64,000 nt of DNA from Azolla caroliniana (GCA_043228905.1 JBHGNT010000012.1:19220001-19284000); one strand, 5' to 3'. Shown: positions 1 to 13,810, numbered from the stretch's first letter. The notes: generated by a model not told the origin, from the sequence alone. Made by a program: numbers and translations.

Positions 1-11
1 CGAAGCCGAAC

Positions 12-2221
12 TTGCGACACTTGAGGGTGTTCGGTAGCATTGTGTATGTGCATGTACCGAAGGAGAAAAGGAGGAAGCTGGACGCAAAGGCCGAGAAGTG
101 CATCTTGATCGGTTACTCGGACGAGCAGAAGGGTTATAAGTGCTATAACCCTCGCACCAAACAAGCGCGTGTCAGCCGCGACTTTGTGTTTGACGAGTCC
201 GCGTCCTGGTACCTGCCCCCGACTCCGAACCCTGCCCCCAATCCGAGCTCTGACGATGAGGTCAGCGAGGCCGAGATGCCTCCGAATGAGCCCGAAATCG
301 AGACCCGCGAAGAGAGTCCGATTTCACTTCGGTTAAGTGGACCGATTGGACGACTGAGTCGATACGACCAGTCCGATGAAGAGCCGGCGAGTAGTGGAGA
401 TTCGGCCGTGCATTCCCCGTGCAGGAAGCCGAGGAGACGGCTTATGTGCAAAGAGAAAGGGAACAAGAAGGTGTCGGATTTCGGCACGGATAGGAACGAG
501 TCAGACCGATGCGAGTCCAACTCCGAGGGAACCGGTGACGAGTCTTTAAAGGTGAAGACCGCGTCGACCGAGAAGGCCTCGACATCGGCTAATGTGAGAT
601 TACGCCGATCTACCCGCCAGAAGAATCCTGTTTTGCGGTTCAGATACAACGAGTACATGGCGCATCATTATGCGTACATGACCCGTGTAGCGGAAGTGCG
701 TGAGCCGGAGAGCTACGCAGAAGCGGCTAAAAACGCGAATTGGCGTGCCGCGATGGAGGAAGAGATGCACGCATTGGTGGAGAACGAGACCTGGGACCTG
801 GTTGACGCACCAACTAGGGTAAAACCGATCGGGTGTAGGTGGGTGTACAAGGTCAAGTACAACACCGATGGCTCCGTCAACCGGTACAAGGCTCGGCTAG
901 TGGCAAAGGGCTACATGCAGAAACACGACATCGACTACGATGAGACTTTTGCGCCGGTCGCGAAAATGACGACCGTCCGTGTTTTGCTCGCAGTACTGCG
1001 GCGAAGGGGTGGCACTTACATCAGATGGATGTAAAGAATGCGTTCCTGCATGGTGACCTTGAGGAACAGGTGTACATGGTACAACCCCCCGGATTGCACC
1101 CCGGAACGAACTCCTCGGCAGTATGCCGACTGAAGAAGTCCCTTTACGGACTGAAGCAAGCCCCGCGTGCCTGGAACGCGAAGATCACGCAACAACTACG
1201 TCGGATGGGCTTCGTCACGTCAAAATCAGACTCTTCCCTGTTCATCCGGAAAGGTCGACTCAGACCGGTTAGTATTTTACTATATGTTGATGACTTGGTC
1301 ATCACCGGCGCCGACCTAGGTGAAATTGACTGCGTGAAGCTCCAGCTTGCGGCATCGTTCTACATGAAGGATCTGGGGGACCTTCATTACTTCCTCGGGA
1401 TCGAAGTGATCCGTACCCCCGAAGGCATATTGATCAACCAACGTCATTAAGTGCTGGGTATGCTCTTCAAACTCGGGATGGACGACTGTAAGTCCGTCTC
1501 GACTCCTCTGGACAGAACCGTCAAGCTTCGTCCCGATACGGGAAAGGTATGCGACCCGACGAGGTTCCGACAAATTTTCGGAAGCCTCATATACTTGACC
1601 ATCACCCGACCCGACCTCAGTTATCCGGTCGGGGTGATCAGTCAGTTCATGGCGCGACCTACCGAGGAGCACCTTCAGTGTGCGCAATGCGTACTTCGGT
1701 ACGTAAGCGGCACTAAGGACCGCAGACTGCTATATCGGACCGGTGCAACCGTGTAGCTAGTCGGCTACACCGATGTTGATTGGGCTGGCAACGCCGCCGA
1801 TTGCCGATCCACGTCTGGATACACGTTCTCCCTCGGGAGTGCCGCGATCGCGTGGAGCAGTAAGAAGCAGCCGACAGTTGCACTGTCGACCACCGAAGCT
1901 GAGTACCGAGGAGCGGCTGTCGTGACATGCGAAGCCATATGGTTGAAGCGGCTACTTATGGACCTGCAAGAGGAGGTGTCAGATCCGACGACGATCTACT
2001 GCGACAGCCTCAGCTGCATCCAGCTCGCGAAAAACCCCGTTTTCCACACACGGACCAAGCACATTGAGGTGCACTACCATTTCGTCCGTGAGCGTGTCCT
2101 TTCCGGTGAAGTCAAACTTCAGTATGTGCCGACGGATCGACAGACTGCCGACATCTTCACTAAGCCTCTTGGTCTGGACAAGTTGCGGCAATTCTCAGGT
2201 GCGCTCGGATTGCGTCACCTT
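12..2221 (+). pseudogene. Copia-A pol remnant (integrase tail, RT, RNase H)
   Basis: ORFs 12-1034, 1025-1450, 1451-1756 and 1922-2236 carry copia motifs [29 protein letters not shown] and [13 protein letters not shown]. One frameshift near 990 and stops at 1448 and 1754. Confidence 0.92.
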
Positions 2222-2582
2222 TGTCACGGATCATAAACTCAAGAAACAACGAAGAAGATAACCAAATGGACAAGAAAGAAGATAGTACTAAAGGAAAGAC
2301 TCCATAACTGGTGTTGTTCACCTTGAATTCCTTCAAGGTGAACTCCTCTATTTATACTACATGGCATGCATACTTGTTGCACGCATGTGAATCTACAATA
2401 GAGCATGTAGGTATGCATGCATGTGCCAAGTGTAAATACTACAAGGGAGCAACTATGCACATGATGCTAGCAAAATAATAAGGAACAATTACATACATAA
2501 CTAGTACTAGATATCTTGGTTAACTCATAATAGTAGATTATAACATGGTCGTGTCAAGAGTTCGAATCTTGACATTCTTGAC
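2222..2582 (-). mobile_element. S1: solo LTR of a Tf1/Tcn1-like gypsy family, inserted at the end of Copia-A RNase H
   Basis: Interrupts CGTCACCTT|GACGTGCC, which is contiguous in Copia-I near 60490. Starts TGTCAC. Minus-strand TATA at 2349-2356. Its minus-strand start resembles the T1/T2 LTR start. The right boundary is uncertain (2574 or 2582) and there is no clean TSD. Confidence 0.7.
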
Positions 2583-3138
2583 GTGCCGAACTTGAGGGGG
2601 AGAACAATGCTGAACGACCAAGCAAAGTAGCAGGAAAGGAGCAGAGACCGCGACACCGTGTCGGTTGACTCGGGTGTTGACTCGGTTGTCGAGTTCGACT
2701 TCGGATCGGCTGAAGAAGCCGAGGGCGGACCCGCGGAAAAGTTCGGAAGCGGACAGAAGGGGAGCAACCGAAGGAGAGAGCCGAAGCCAACCACGCATGG
2801 GGAAGATGACGCCACCGAGGGTGAGAAAGACCGAAGACGAGTTGGAGACAGCCAACTCGGACGAGAGCGAAAACCGATCGGAGGTAGCCGAGTCGGTTCC
2901 GATGTTTGATTCAGATACGCTGAATCAACCGAGGCCCAAGCGGAAGAAAAGGCAGCAGGAGAAGCGTCAACACCGCAACAACAGAAGAGATGATAAGGGC
3001 CGCATGAGCAGACAAGCCGACCGGAAGGGTCGAAGCGCGCGGAGTCGAACAGGTCGAGGAGCGCGAGTGAGGCGAGAAGCCAGGAGGAACCGGTGCTGTG
3101 AAGAACCCGAAGAGCCTCAAGTTGAGCTTGAGGGGGAG

Positions 3139-3530
3139 TGTTGAGAGACAAGCTCAACATCGGCCGGATTGGCTGAAGAAGCCGAGGACCAGATCGGTTG
3201 GGACCGATCGGTTAGGCCGAGTGCGTAAACCGGGTGGTCGTTAGGAAAGATATTATGTGAGGAATATATTTGGGAGTTAGTGTAGGAGCTCTTGATGAGC
3301 ATTGAAGTACTATCAGTACTTCGGTCAGTCCTCTTAGGACTTGTATAAAAGTGTTCACTGAGCACGTCTTATGTACAGACTGAGTATTATTGTTGAATAT
3401 AGTTCTTGTGTTCTCTCTCACTCTCTCTGTCTCTCCCGCGTATACTACGTAAGCTCAAGCTCTCCATTAAACCTGAGTTTTCTTCCTTCTGTTCGGTCTT
3501 CATACCTGCTTCCGCACGCTACTTTCTACA
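3139..3530 (+). repeat. Copia-A 3' LTR
   Basis: TGTTGAG...CTACA directly after the PPT. TATAAAA near 3345. Homologous to LTRs at 55707, 60987, 24472 and 63651. Confidence 0.9.
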
Positions 3531-4235
3531 AGTTTCGATGAGGAGGATTTCTTCTCGTATACGGCCTGTAACTTCTCCGATAATGAGAATGCCGACGTCT
3601 CCTTTGCCATGCTAAAATAGACGTTCTCGACCAGGTGGATCTGGATGATCGATCGTGCTATTTCATCCATTGATCGCCATTCTTTTGCAGACATTGAAGT
3701 TGGCCAGGTGCTTTCTGGAGGTCTTCGACCTGTGGTCACATGATTAAAACGTCTTGCATCATTTCTTTCCAGAGAGTGAAGTTTTTCCCGTCGAACTTCC
3801 GGATTTCTACGCTTGTGCCAGATTGTGTTAGCATCTTCTGGAGAAGAAATTTCTAATGGCCTAGTCTTTCCTTTTAGTGTTTATTATTTGTTGCCGCTGG
3901 ACAACAAGGTCGCTCTAATAGCAAATGATGAATATGGAAGATGTTTATGTAGTAGAAGAATCATGAGGAGTTGCAGGTTGGTGTCAGACAAACAACAATA
4001 TAGATAACTAGAAGAATGGATATGCACTGTTAGCAAGATTCAAAGATCAAGAAGCACAGACAATTGCACTCCGTTAAGCTCAAAAGGCAGACTTGCTTAT
4101 TCCCTCCAAACTCTCTCTCTCTCTCTCTCTCTGTGTTACAACGACTTAGCTGGGCTTTATATAGTTAATCCCTAACTACGTCGTGTGGTTCACACTAGAG
4201 ATACAATTGGGTAGAGTAGGCCATTTATGCCAACA
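3531..4235 (-). mobile_element. Copia-B: 5' end of a minus-strand copia (gag start, degenerate PBS, 5' LTR 3926-4235)
   Basis: Gag-like ORF 3500-3739 (WRSMDEIARSIIQIHL...KLQAVYEKKS). PBS remnant GCTCTAATAGCA at 3912-3923 (reverse of TGGTATCAGAGC, 2 mismatches). LTR is TG..CA and resembles 4967-5245. Confidence 0.8.
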
Positions 4236-4450
4236 TCACTCTGGTAATTGGGTCTCAACCTTGCCACCAGTGCTTGAGCTCATATCAAGGCCATCACCCT
4301 TGCAATAGCCATTTCTTCAATCACTTTGTGACCACTACTCTTTAGATTTCTACCTTCTCATAGCCTCGTACATGTCTGCCTTATATAGCAAATGATAATA
4401 TCTGCAAAGGACTACCCTATATATAGACTATACCTTATTGTAAGGTGTAC

Positions 4451-4623
4451 ACATAGACATAGCCTTAGACATAGACATAGAGATAGACATAGACATAGAC
4501 ATAGACATAGACATAGACATAGACATAGACATAGACATAGACATAGACATAGACATAGACATAGACATAGACATAGACATAGACATAGACATATTATACA
4601 TATACATATACATATACATATAT
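4451..4623. repeat. Compound hexanucleotide microsatellite (ACATAG)n followed by (ACATAT)n
   Basis: Directly visible. It explains the poly-HR, poly-CL and poly-MS ORFs. Confidence 0.97.
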
Positions 4624-4966
4624 GATGAGATGGGGTCATAAATCTCTCTGAAAGATACGCAGAAGTACACAACTTGGAACAGAAAATAACAAATGGACAA
4701 ATATGCACAATACACAAGTTTTACATGGAAACCCTAAACGGGGAAAACCACAGAAACAAAGATCCAGAGATAGAATAGGTTACAACACTCTTCAAACAAA
4801 GTGTGTCAGCTTCACAAGGCTCATGACGTCACAACTATGGCGCCGCTTACTCACACTTTCTCTATCACACTCTTCTCTATCTACACAACACTTCGTTATG
4901 TTCTGCACTTTGTGTTCAACACACACAACCTCCTTATGTTTACCCTAGGTGATTTTGTTGTTTAGG
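4623..4966 (-). repeat. Degenerate copia LTR-like fragment
   Basis: Contains TTACATGGAAACCCTAAACGGGGAAAACCAC, resembling the U5 motif CATGGAAAACCC..GGGAAAAAACCAC of the Copia-F/H LTRs. Boundaries are uncertain. Confidence 0.4.
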
Positions 4967-6974
4967 TGTAAGCGGAAGTGTATGTGGACATGTCGAATTT
5001 TGCTCAACAAACAACAATGAAAAAGTGAAGGCAAGAAGATGAACAAAAGATGGACACGCTCTTAAGCTTTAATGGAAGCTATGTTATTTCGTTCTCTCTC
5101 TCTGTAACTCTTTTATCAGAGATTCAAGATTCAAGAAGCAATATTACAATGTTAGGTTAGGGTTTATATACTCGAGCCCTAACTATTGGACGTGTTCACA
5201 CTAGTAAGGATACAAAGTGGAAGGAGTCAGCCTTTTATGCCAACAAACTCCCCCGTAAAAGGACTACACTATCCTACGTGCACAATTGATTGGGGTTATC
5301 TCCCCCGTAAACTTAGATTACAAAGTTGATCTAAATTTATTTTACAAGTCAGTCAGCATATAGCCAAGTTGGCAAAGGTACAATAAATATCTAGTTTGAT
5401 TCGGCCAGTCGTTCGGATGGGTTTGTCCGAAACGGTTGGATCATCTTACCATATGCTCCTTGCTCGGCTCTCTTTGGTTCGTTCGCTTGTCGTAGTCCCA
5501 TATTTGTCCTCAGTGCTCTGCAGCGTTGATCTAGGAGTGACTTCATCAGGCAATTGACGATGTTCACCTCGGTGTTGATCTTCCGGACTTCGAGGTTCTT
5601 CTCGATTACTAGCTCTCGGATATGATGATACTGTACCTCAATATGCATTGTCTTCGCATGATAGACAAGATTATGGATGAGGTGTATTGAGTTCTGTGAG
5701 TCGTAGTAGATGGTTGGCCCTGGTCGGTTAGTTCGGCTCTTAGCCGAGAAGTCGACACTCAATCAGTGCAACTAGATTGGTTCCTTCGCTGCCTCCGTTG
5801 CCTCCAATGCTACTATGTACTCGGCTTCTATGGTAGACAGGGTTGTGCACCCTTGAAGCTTCGACCTCCATGATATTGCGCCGCCATCATAGGTGAAGAT
5901 ATAACCTGATGTCGATTTCTGATTATCCGAATTCTTGGCATAGTCAAAGTTAGCATGGCATAGCCTTCGACTTCGGTCGGGTTTGCCGATCCGAAGGTCA
6001 ATTGTGCATCCTCAGTCCCTCGTAGGTACCTTAGGATGTGCTTGAAGGCCTCCCAATGCTTCTGTCCTAGGTTCAACATGTACCGGCGGATGACCCCTAC
6101 GACATATACAAGGTCGGGTCGAGTCGCCACCATTGCGTACATGATACTTCCTACTACCAATGTGTAGGGTATCTTTCCATTAAGCTCTCTCTCCTTGTCT
6201 GTTGAAGGAGAGTCTTTGTCCGATAGTCAGATTGACATCGGAAGCGGTGCTGGTGCTGGCTTCACGTTCTCCATGTTGAAGTGCCTCAACACCTTTTGGA
6301 TGTAGTCAGACTGGGAGAGTCAGAGAGTCTTCATCTTCTGATTTCACTCGATCCTCATGCCTAGTATGTGTCAGGCTTCCTTCATCGCGAACTTGTCATG
6401 AAGGCCCCGTGTCACGGACACACCAACCACAGACTACGATGGAGAATGGATGATGGGTATAAGAGCATGGAACTTAAGAAGCTGGGAATGACACAAGAGC
6501 ACGAAGACAAAGATGAAGGAGAGAAGATGGAATGGAACAAGAATACTAGATCGATGTGTCAATGACTGGTATTGAATCCCTTGAAAGGGACCAAGGAGGT
6601 TACAAGTATTTATACATGTTTCGAGATTAAATATCTCTAGAAATTACTCGTCTAGAATATGTCGTACAATATTTCTAGAATATACTAACGACTAGAATAT
6701 TCTGATTCCAAAATGTATTATGTGCTAGACTATAGAACACTAAACCATTATATACAAATGTATCCTCTTATCAAAATGGTTGAGCATGACGTCTTGTAGA
6801 TGTGAGGTTGTAGGTTCAATCCTCACTAACTACATATTTAACGTCATTGTGTTGTGACATTGTCCTCCCCTTTACGGTCGCCTTTTTGAAATCGTGGTGT
6901 AGGGGTGGACAGGAATTGGAGCATTGACGGGCATGAGGAACCTTCTGTTGTCCTCACCAGAGACTAGAACACTG

Positions 6975-7225
6975 ATAGACGTGAGCAACCATGTGCGATC
7001 CTCATTAGGAACATGAACAGGCATGAGCGACCATGTGGCCCTCATCGGGAACTCGAACACGAACGAGAGTGAGCGACCATGCGGCCCTCACTGGGAACTC
7101 GAACATGAACGGACATGAGTGACCATGTATGGTTCTCACCGACGGGTGTGAGCGGCCGTGTGCAGGCCTCACCGAGAATACAACTGTGAGCAATCTTGTG
7201 TGGTCCTCACTAGGAACTGGAACAA
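6975..7225. repeat. Degenerate ~45-50 bp tandem repeat inside N
   Basis: Recurrent GAGCGACCATG.GGCCCTCA..GGGAACTCGAACA, about 5-6 copies. Confidence 0.75.
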
Positions 7226-7933
7226 TAACGGGTGAAGGAGTGCAGGTGAAGCGGTCGACTCAACTTCTTCTATCATGAGAGGGTAAATAGTTGAGGTTGA
7301 CCCAAAACACGGCACAAACGGTAGCGTTAGCGAGAAAGCGACGTGATCCCCACCAAAAAAGTGAGCGGTTGTGACCCCCACTAGAACTAGAAGGTGAGCA
7401 ATCGAAATCGATCTCCATCAAAAGAAAGTGGAGTGAAATGTAGACCAAAAGGAAAATGAACTGCAAGCGAGCAATGATTCGATCCCCACCAGTATTATAG
7501 ATCTAGGTACTAATGTAAGCTTAAGATAAGGATAAAGAAATGAAAGATAGAAAGGAGAAAGAGAAAGAAGGGTGCCGATCCACCCGACCACCCCCGAGCG
7601 AAGGGATCGAGACGGACTCGAGCCTCGATCGGCGTCCCATACCACCGCCGTGGCGTCGAGTCGTACCTGGTGCTGGCGCGCTCACTACAAGAGTTGACCC
7701 ACCACACGAGCAGAGTCTCGATGTAGTCAAAAGATCATCAAATGAGGGTAGCTAGGCCTCTTATTTATAGCGATACCCAAGGCCCCCAGGCAAGTTCACA
7801 CTTGACCTAATGGGTTGTCTCAATCCCGAGGATTAAAAGTAATCCTCCCCTTCTTTACACTCTCATTTAACCCTCACACTTATCCACGTGTATAGAATAC
7901 TACGGTAAATTCTTACCACGGGATATTATATGG

Positions 7934-10900
7934 TCATGCCCGTAACATACTCCCCCCCTTTAAAACATTGCACTCTTGCAATGGAAAGTTAGGGAAGTTA
8001 GTTCTAAGAGTATTTTCGCGTTCCCATGTGGCATCTTTTATTGGTTTATCCATCCATTTTATTTTGAATTCTCGGATTTCTTTAGTACGTAATTTTTTTG
8101 TTTTAACATCGAGAATTCTTTCTGGCACATGTGGTTTAGAAGATAATTCTTCAGAAGTAACCAGAGTTTCAGTCGTAACTGTATTGTCGCCAGAACCTAG
8201 AAGTTCTTTTAGACGACTCACATGAAAGATTGGATGAATTCCGACACCATCGGGAATAGCGAGACGATAGGCTGATGACCCAATGCGTTTGAGGACTGTA
8301 AAAGGTCCACAAAACCGTGGGGCTAACTTAGCGCACTTACCCGTAGACAATGTCTTAGAATTGTGAGGTACACGTAAAAATACCTTCTGTCCAGGGTTGA
8401 ATACACGAGGTTGCCTATGATGATTGGCATAAAAACGCGCTCTATCTTGAGCTGTTTTTATATTATCTCGTGCAATATGCAACATATCTTGCATATCCCG
8501 AAGAAAGTTTTGCGTACTTCGCAACTCATCATGATGTATATTAACATCAATCGGGGCTCGTGGCTGAAAACCATACATCAACATAAAAGGACTATATCCC
8601 GTCGACGTATGCTTGGAGCTGTTATAAGCAAACTCCAAAATTGGGAGATAACGTTCCCATTTTGTTGGTTTTGCACCAACGTATGCTCGAAGCATGTCCT
8701 CAATAATTTGATTTACTCGTTCTGTTTGTCCATCGGATTGAGGATGATCCGTGGAGCTCATGCTCAACGTAGTTTCTAACTTCTTAAAGACTTGTGTCCA
8801 GAAGTCACTAGTAAACTTTGGATCTCGATCACTCACGATATCCATCGGTAACCCATAAAAACGAAACAATTCGTCAACGAATTGGTAAGCCAATTCAGGA
8901 GCTGTTACCGTGGTTTTAGTAGCAATAAATCTGGCCATTTTAGTTAGTCGATCAACGACAACCCAGATGGCATCATGACCTTTTTGGGTGCGAGGAAGGC
9001 TAACAATAAAATCCATGGATATACTTTCCCACTTATTATTGGGAATGTCCAAGGGATGTAAAAGTCCTGCGACTTTAAGTCGCTCGGCTTTGTTAACCTG
9101 ACACTGGTGACATTTAGTCACATAGCTATGTATGTCAGGACGCACCTTAGGCCAATAAAATTGAGTGGAGATGAGAACGAGTGTACGATGTATTCCAGGG
9201 TGCCCTGCTGAGGGTGCATCATGGCATTAAAAAAGAATCCTCTTTTTGACCTCGGGTAAATCTGGAACACAAACCTTCCCATTACGGTAGAGCAAACCGT
9301 TAGCAATGTGGAAGTATTCCTTCGAGGATGTGGTGGTGTCTGTTCCAGACTCAACTCTTGCCCAGTATTTTGCGAAATAACTGTCATCAGGATACTTTCC
9401 TCGAAGGTGATCATAAAGATCTGATGATATTTCAGTGAAGCTAAGCGTGTTAACTTCACGGATGCGACTTAGTGCATCAGCGACAGTGTTCATGGAACCT
9501 TTACGATATCGTATGGAAAAATCAAAGTCCTGGATGAGATCAGCCCGTCGTGCCTTACGACCTTTCAGGTCTTGTTGGTCACAAAAATATTTCAAGGACT
9601 CGTGGTCCGTAGTTACCACAAAGTGATTTCCATAAAGATAATGGCGCCATGTTTTGAGCGCATGTATAACTGCAAATAATTCCTTTTCTTGAACGGTATA
9701 CCGACATTGAGCAGAATCAAGTTTCTTACTCTCGAATGCTATTGGTTTACCATCTTGATACAAGACAGCACCTATAGCATAATCGCTTGCATCGGTTTCA
9801 ACCTCAAAAGGTTTTGAAGGATCGGGTAAAAGAAGTGAAGGAGCCTTGCAAACCAGGTCCTTGAGTTCCTTAAAGGCAAGGTCTAGTGTAGCATTCCACA
9901 CAATAGGTTTTGTAGACTTACGCGTTTGACCTTTTAAAAGATCAATAAACGGCGTCGTCAATTGGGAGTAATTACGAAGAGACTTTCGCAAAAACCCCAC
10001 AAAACCAAGGAATGATCGAACTTCTCGAATATTCCGAAGAGTGGGCCAAAGTTTGATTTTCTCAATGCGAGAAGGATCAATTTCAACTCCTCGTTCGGTT
10101 ATGAGATGTCCTAGATAAGTAATTGATTTCTTGAAGAACTCACATTTTGAGATCTTCGCATAAAACTGTTTGTCACGCAATGTTTGTAAAACAAAGCGGA
10201 CATGTTTAGCATGTTCTTGTAATGTACGGCTATAAACTAAAATATCATCCAAGAAAATAACGACAAATTTTCCAAGTTGTTCTCGGAAAATGTCATTCAT
10301 TTCTTGTTGAAAAGTAGCCGGAGCATTGGTCAAACCAAAAGGCATAACCAAAAACTCGTAATGGCCATAGCGCGTACGAAATGCCGTTTTAGGAACATCG
10401 TCCTCACTTATTCGTATTTGATGGTAGCCAGTACGGAGATCAAGTTTCGTAAAATACCGAGCTCCCTGGAGACGGTCAATTAGATCGTCAGCCCGGGGCA
10501 ATGGATACGAATTCTTGATCGTCACTTTATTCAAGCGTCGGTAATTAATACACATACGCCATGTGCCCTCTTTCTTTTTAACCAAGAGAACTGGTGCACC
10601 CCCTGGAGATTTACTATAACGTATATAACCCATTCGTAAATAGTCCTTGAGTTGCTTAGATACCTCATCTTCTTCGGATCGACTTAAGCGATACGGAGGT
10701 ATACTTATTGGTGCAACACCAGGTACAATATCTATACGATGGTCTATATTACGTTTAGGAGGTAACCCATCAGGTAGTTCACTTGGAAAAACATCATGAA
10801 AATCATTTAAGATTTCATCAAGTTGTTGTTGTTCAAAATATGTTAATTGAATCGGGACATTATCGATATTGTAAACGTGAATGTCCGGATCAAGTACACA

Positions 10901-12367
10901 ATAAAATAACGTAGAACAAGACAACTCGGATATTGATGGACACGAGGAAACAATCGAGAGGGATTGTTTTTTTACACATTGAATAAAATGCGTACAATCG
11001 TTCAGTACAAAAGAAATGGAATGACGAACCCAATCAATAAATAAAGAAGAATTTTTATTATAAAACCAGGGATAACCCAGTATTACATCGGTGGTACAAA
11101 GATTCATTACATGGAAGTCTACTTCCTCTATATAAGTATCAATAGAAATTCCTAATGAATGAATCGCCCCGTTGATGTATTGTACTCTTCCATCAGCCAA
11201 GTGCACCGTGTAGGTGTGATCACTTACGGTGGGTTGGATTCCCCATATCTGAACCAAACGATCATTCACAAAATTGTGTGAGCTTCCCGAATCAAATAAA
11301 AATTGTACGGGAGATCCATTGATATACCCGTTTGCACGTAGTAAATCATTGGGACCCAATACATAGTGAGGGAAAGAACATTGACAATTACTTAAATGAT
11401 GTGTATAGACCTGAAGGACATTAGGAATCTGACCTTTATGGTCTGCAGCTTTAGCTTTGTTGTCGTGCTCTTTCCGTTGGAGCTTTCGACATTGATCTTT
11501 TGTATGACCCTTCTTTTTGCAGAATACACAAAAAGGATGTTGTCGCTTACAATCGCGATCCAGGAATTCGTTGGGTGTCTTGCGTTTCCCAACAAATTGC
11601 GACTGCTTAGTCCCGGGCACTTCGTTGGGTTTGTTATGGTCCTTCTTCGAAGTGCGTTGATAGCGAAGAACTATTTCAACGACCTCTTCGAAGGATTTTG
11701 GATCCTTATCGTGCACTATCCAGTGATAGTCCGAATTGGGGATGCCATTGACAAAACAAGCTATCAACCAATTGTCCCCTTCTAGACCCGATTTTTGGAT
11801 TTGGGTTCTAGCATGGTGAACATAGTCTTCTAGCGAGGAAAATTTCCTGCTAGAGAGGTTCATTAAAGCTTGTGCTGCCTCGGTTCGAGAGGGAGGTTGC
11901 AGAAATTGGCCCTTAAAAACCGTGACAAAATCTGTCCAGGTATCGGGCAATTTCCCCATAGTACGGAGGCCACGCCACCAGGCGGCAGCCTTACCCCCGA
12001 GTTCTCGACCGACATATGCAATCTTCGTACTATCTGGCGTGGGATAGAGCTCAAAATGAGACTCCCATCGTCCCAGCCATGTGCAGATTGCTTCTTCGGT
12101 TCTTTCCTTTTTGTCTCCCGTAAATGGCTTAACGACAAATGATGGTTCACCTTGTCGCTCATCAGGTCTATTAGTCTCACGTTGTAGACTAATGACACGT
12201 GCCTCAAGAGCACTCTGAGATTGCCGAAGTTCGGTCATCTGTTGAGCGGTGAAACTAAGGTATTGGGTTATTTGTGCCAAATACATCTCAGTGGACATTT
12301 GTCCAGGAGGATTCCCTTGAGTTCCTTCCGCTTGAGCGGATGACATCGGGTCGTTAATTTGAGCCAT
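7934..12367 (-). pseudogene. G1 gag-pol polyprotein (Gag, CCHC knuckle, protease, RT, RNase H, integrase, chromodomain), one premature stop
   Basis: ORFs 9227-12367 and 7934-9145 are in the same frame, separated by TAA at 9227-9229. Motifs: [62 protein letters not shown]. Confidence 0.95.
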
Positions 12368-12470
12368 TAAAGATTATTTCTGGAAAAGAAATAGGATAAG
12401 GTCAGAGATATAGTCATAACATCATGTCGTGATGTAAACATATCATGGGCGAGCATTAATCGATATCATT

Positions 12471-12630
12471 ATCTCACGTCAATACCCCTCTAGACGTATG
12501 AGATGAGGTTCAAGATCAGGTTACTATGGTAACACAAAGGTGTTTTAAAAACCATGGGGGTGACAAATAAATGTCTTTCCCTGATCTCTATATCGATTTT
12601 TTCATGGTGGCTCCCCGAGGCTCAACCATG
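12471..12630 (-). other. Conserved structured cis-RNA element in the G1 leader (copy 1)
   Basis: Aligns with 18916-19078, with compensatory base changes in the predicted stems. See findings. Confidence 0.75.
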
Positions 12631-13544
12631 TATGTTCGCGTCATGAATAGTTTATACACGAAAAAAATGTTAATAATAAACTATGTTTCGGTGCCCACAT
12701 ATGTGGTTTCGGCTCTTTAAGTCCTATTATGAGGACCCCGAGGTGCACTTAGACCTTAAGTCTAAACATGTGTTATAGTCATATGTATCAAGGATGTTGT
12801 ATGGTCTTTGTCATATTTGAACTCGAGACCTCAAGAACAAATACATTAAACACTTGAGCCAACCAAGTAAGTTGCTCTTCTCGAATGCTTAATGTTTGAT
12901 GCGTATAAGAGATATGCGAGGCAATTGATCATATATGTTTTTTTAAAAGAACATATATGTCAAGGGTCCTTATTTCGCCCTCATTTACCAAAACTATGTT
13001 GGTACGTTACCTAACCTCAAGTCTCGTAATTACGATGGCATACGCCAAAGTGCAACCTAATGGTGAAGCCAAATGAGCCCTTGTTTCGTAGTAGGCTTAC
13101 GTGGGCCATCACATGGTCACGTCATTACGAATGCCTCTCGTAAGAACGAGCTCATGGTGGCATCGTATCCATGTAACGAGGGATGGATGTTGGATACGCG
13201 CGTCATTGGAGCGACCTCACTTGAAGTGGGTCAAGCCCTACGTACTCAACATCATTTTGGCTATTGGCGTTCCTTTACGTAACGAAATCGAGGTCGTCAA
13301 CGGGGTTATCAACAATAAAAAAATGTTGAAAAAGGGATGGTGACAACGCCATTCTCACAAAAATGTGAGGACGGCCACCAACATCCTTTTCCCGACAAGG
13401 ACAACTTTCGATATAATCATGTAATAACGAATATACACATATGTTTACTTATCACATATATACGATCAAATACGTATATATGTGACCACATATGCCTATA
13501 TTAAACATATCGTTATATTAAATAGCCACAAATGATGTGATCGA

Positions 13545-13810
13545 GATACGTAATTGAGGTATATACCTCTACGCACACGAAACATCCACAAATAAGAGAT
13601 CATCGTAATACGCAATGGAGGTATTGACCTCTTACGCATACGAGACCAAACGCATATCATTTACAACAAATCAAGGTATTAAACTCATACGCAAACGTAA
13701 CATATGTTCGTGAACATAATACGTAATTGAGGTATTAACCTCGTACGCATACGACACTCATCACATATTATTAATATGTCAAACGAGGTATTGACCTCGT
13801 GCACATATGT
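13545..13810. repeat. ~60-bp degenerate tandem repeat in the G1 5' leader
   Basis: About 5 copies of TACG.AATTGAGGTATT.ACCTC.TACGCA.ACGA, each with a GAGGT/ACCTC hairpin. Confidence 0.75.

Larger units (their letters stand above)
1..3530 (+). mobile_element. Copia-A: Ty1/copia LTR retrotransposon, 3' part (5' end outside the window), inserted into the gag of Copia-B
   Basis: Domain order is INT C-terminus, RT (YVDDL), RNase H (ADIFTKPL). PPT GAGGGGGAG at 3130-3138. 3' LTR TG..CA at 3139-3530. Closely alignable to Copia-I. Confidence 0.93.

Noticed and set aside
4392-4717. ORFs encoding poly-HR, poly-CL and poly-MS
   Set aside because: They are translations of a stop-free hexanucleotide microsatellite.
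6768-6827. Functional tRNA gene
   Set aside because: There is no acceptor stem or complete cloverleaf. It is reported only as a tRNA-like LTR module.
6410-6859. Retrozyme (hammerhead ribozyme in the LTR of a non-autonomous element)
   Set aside because: I found no CUGANGA/GAAA hammerhead core with flanking stems on either strand by eye.
9227-9229. Programmed stop-codon readthrough before the G1 integrase core
   Set aside because: G2 has a sense codon at the equivalent site, so a point mutation is the simpler explanation.
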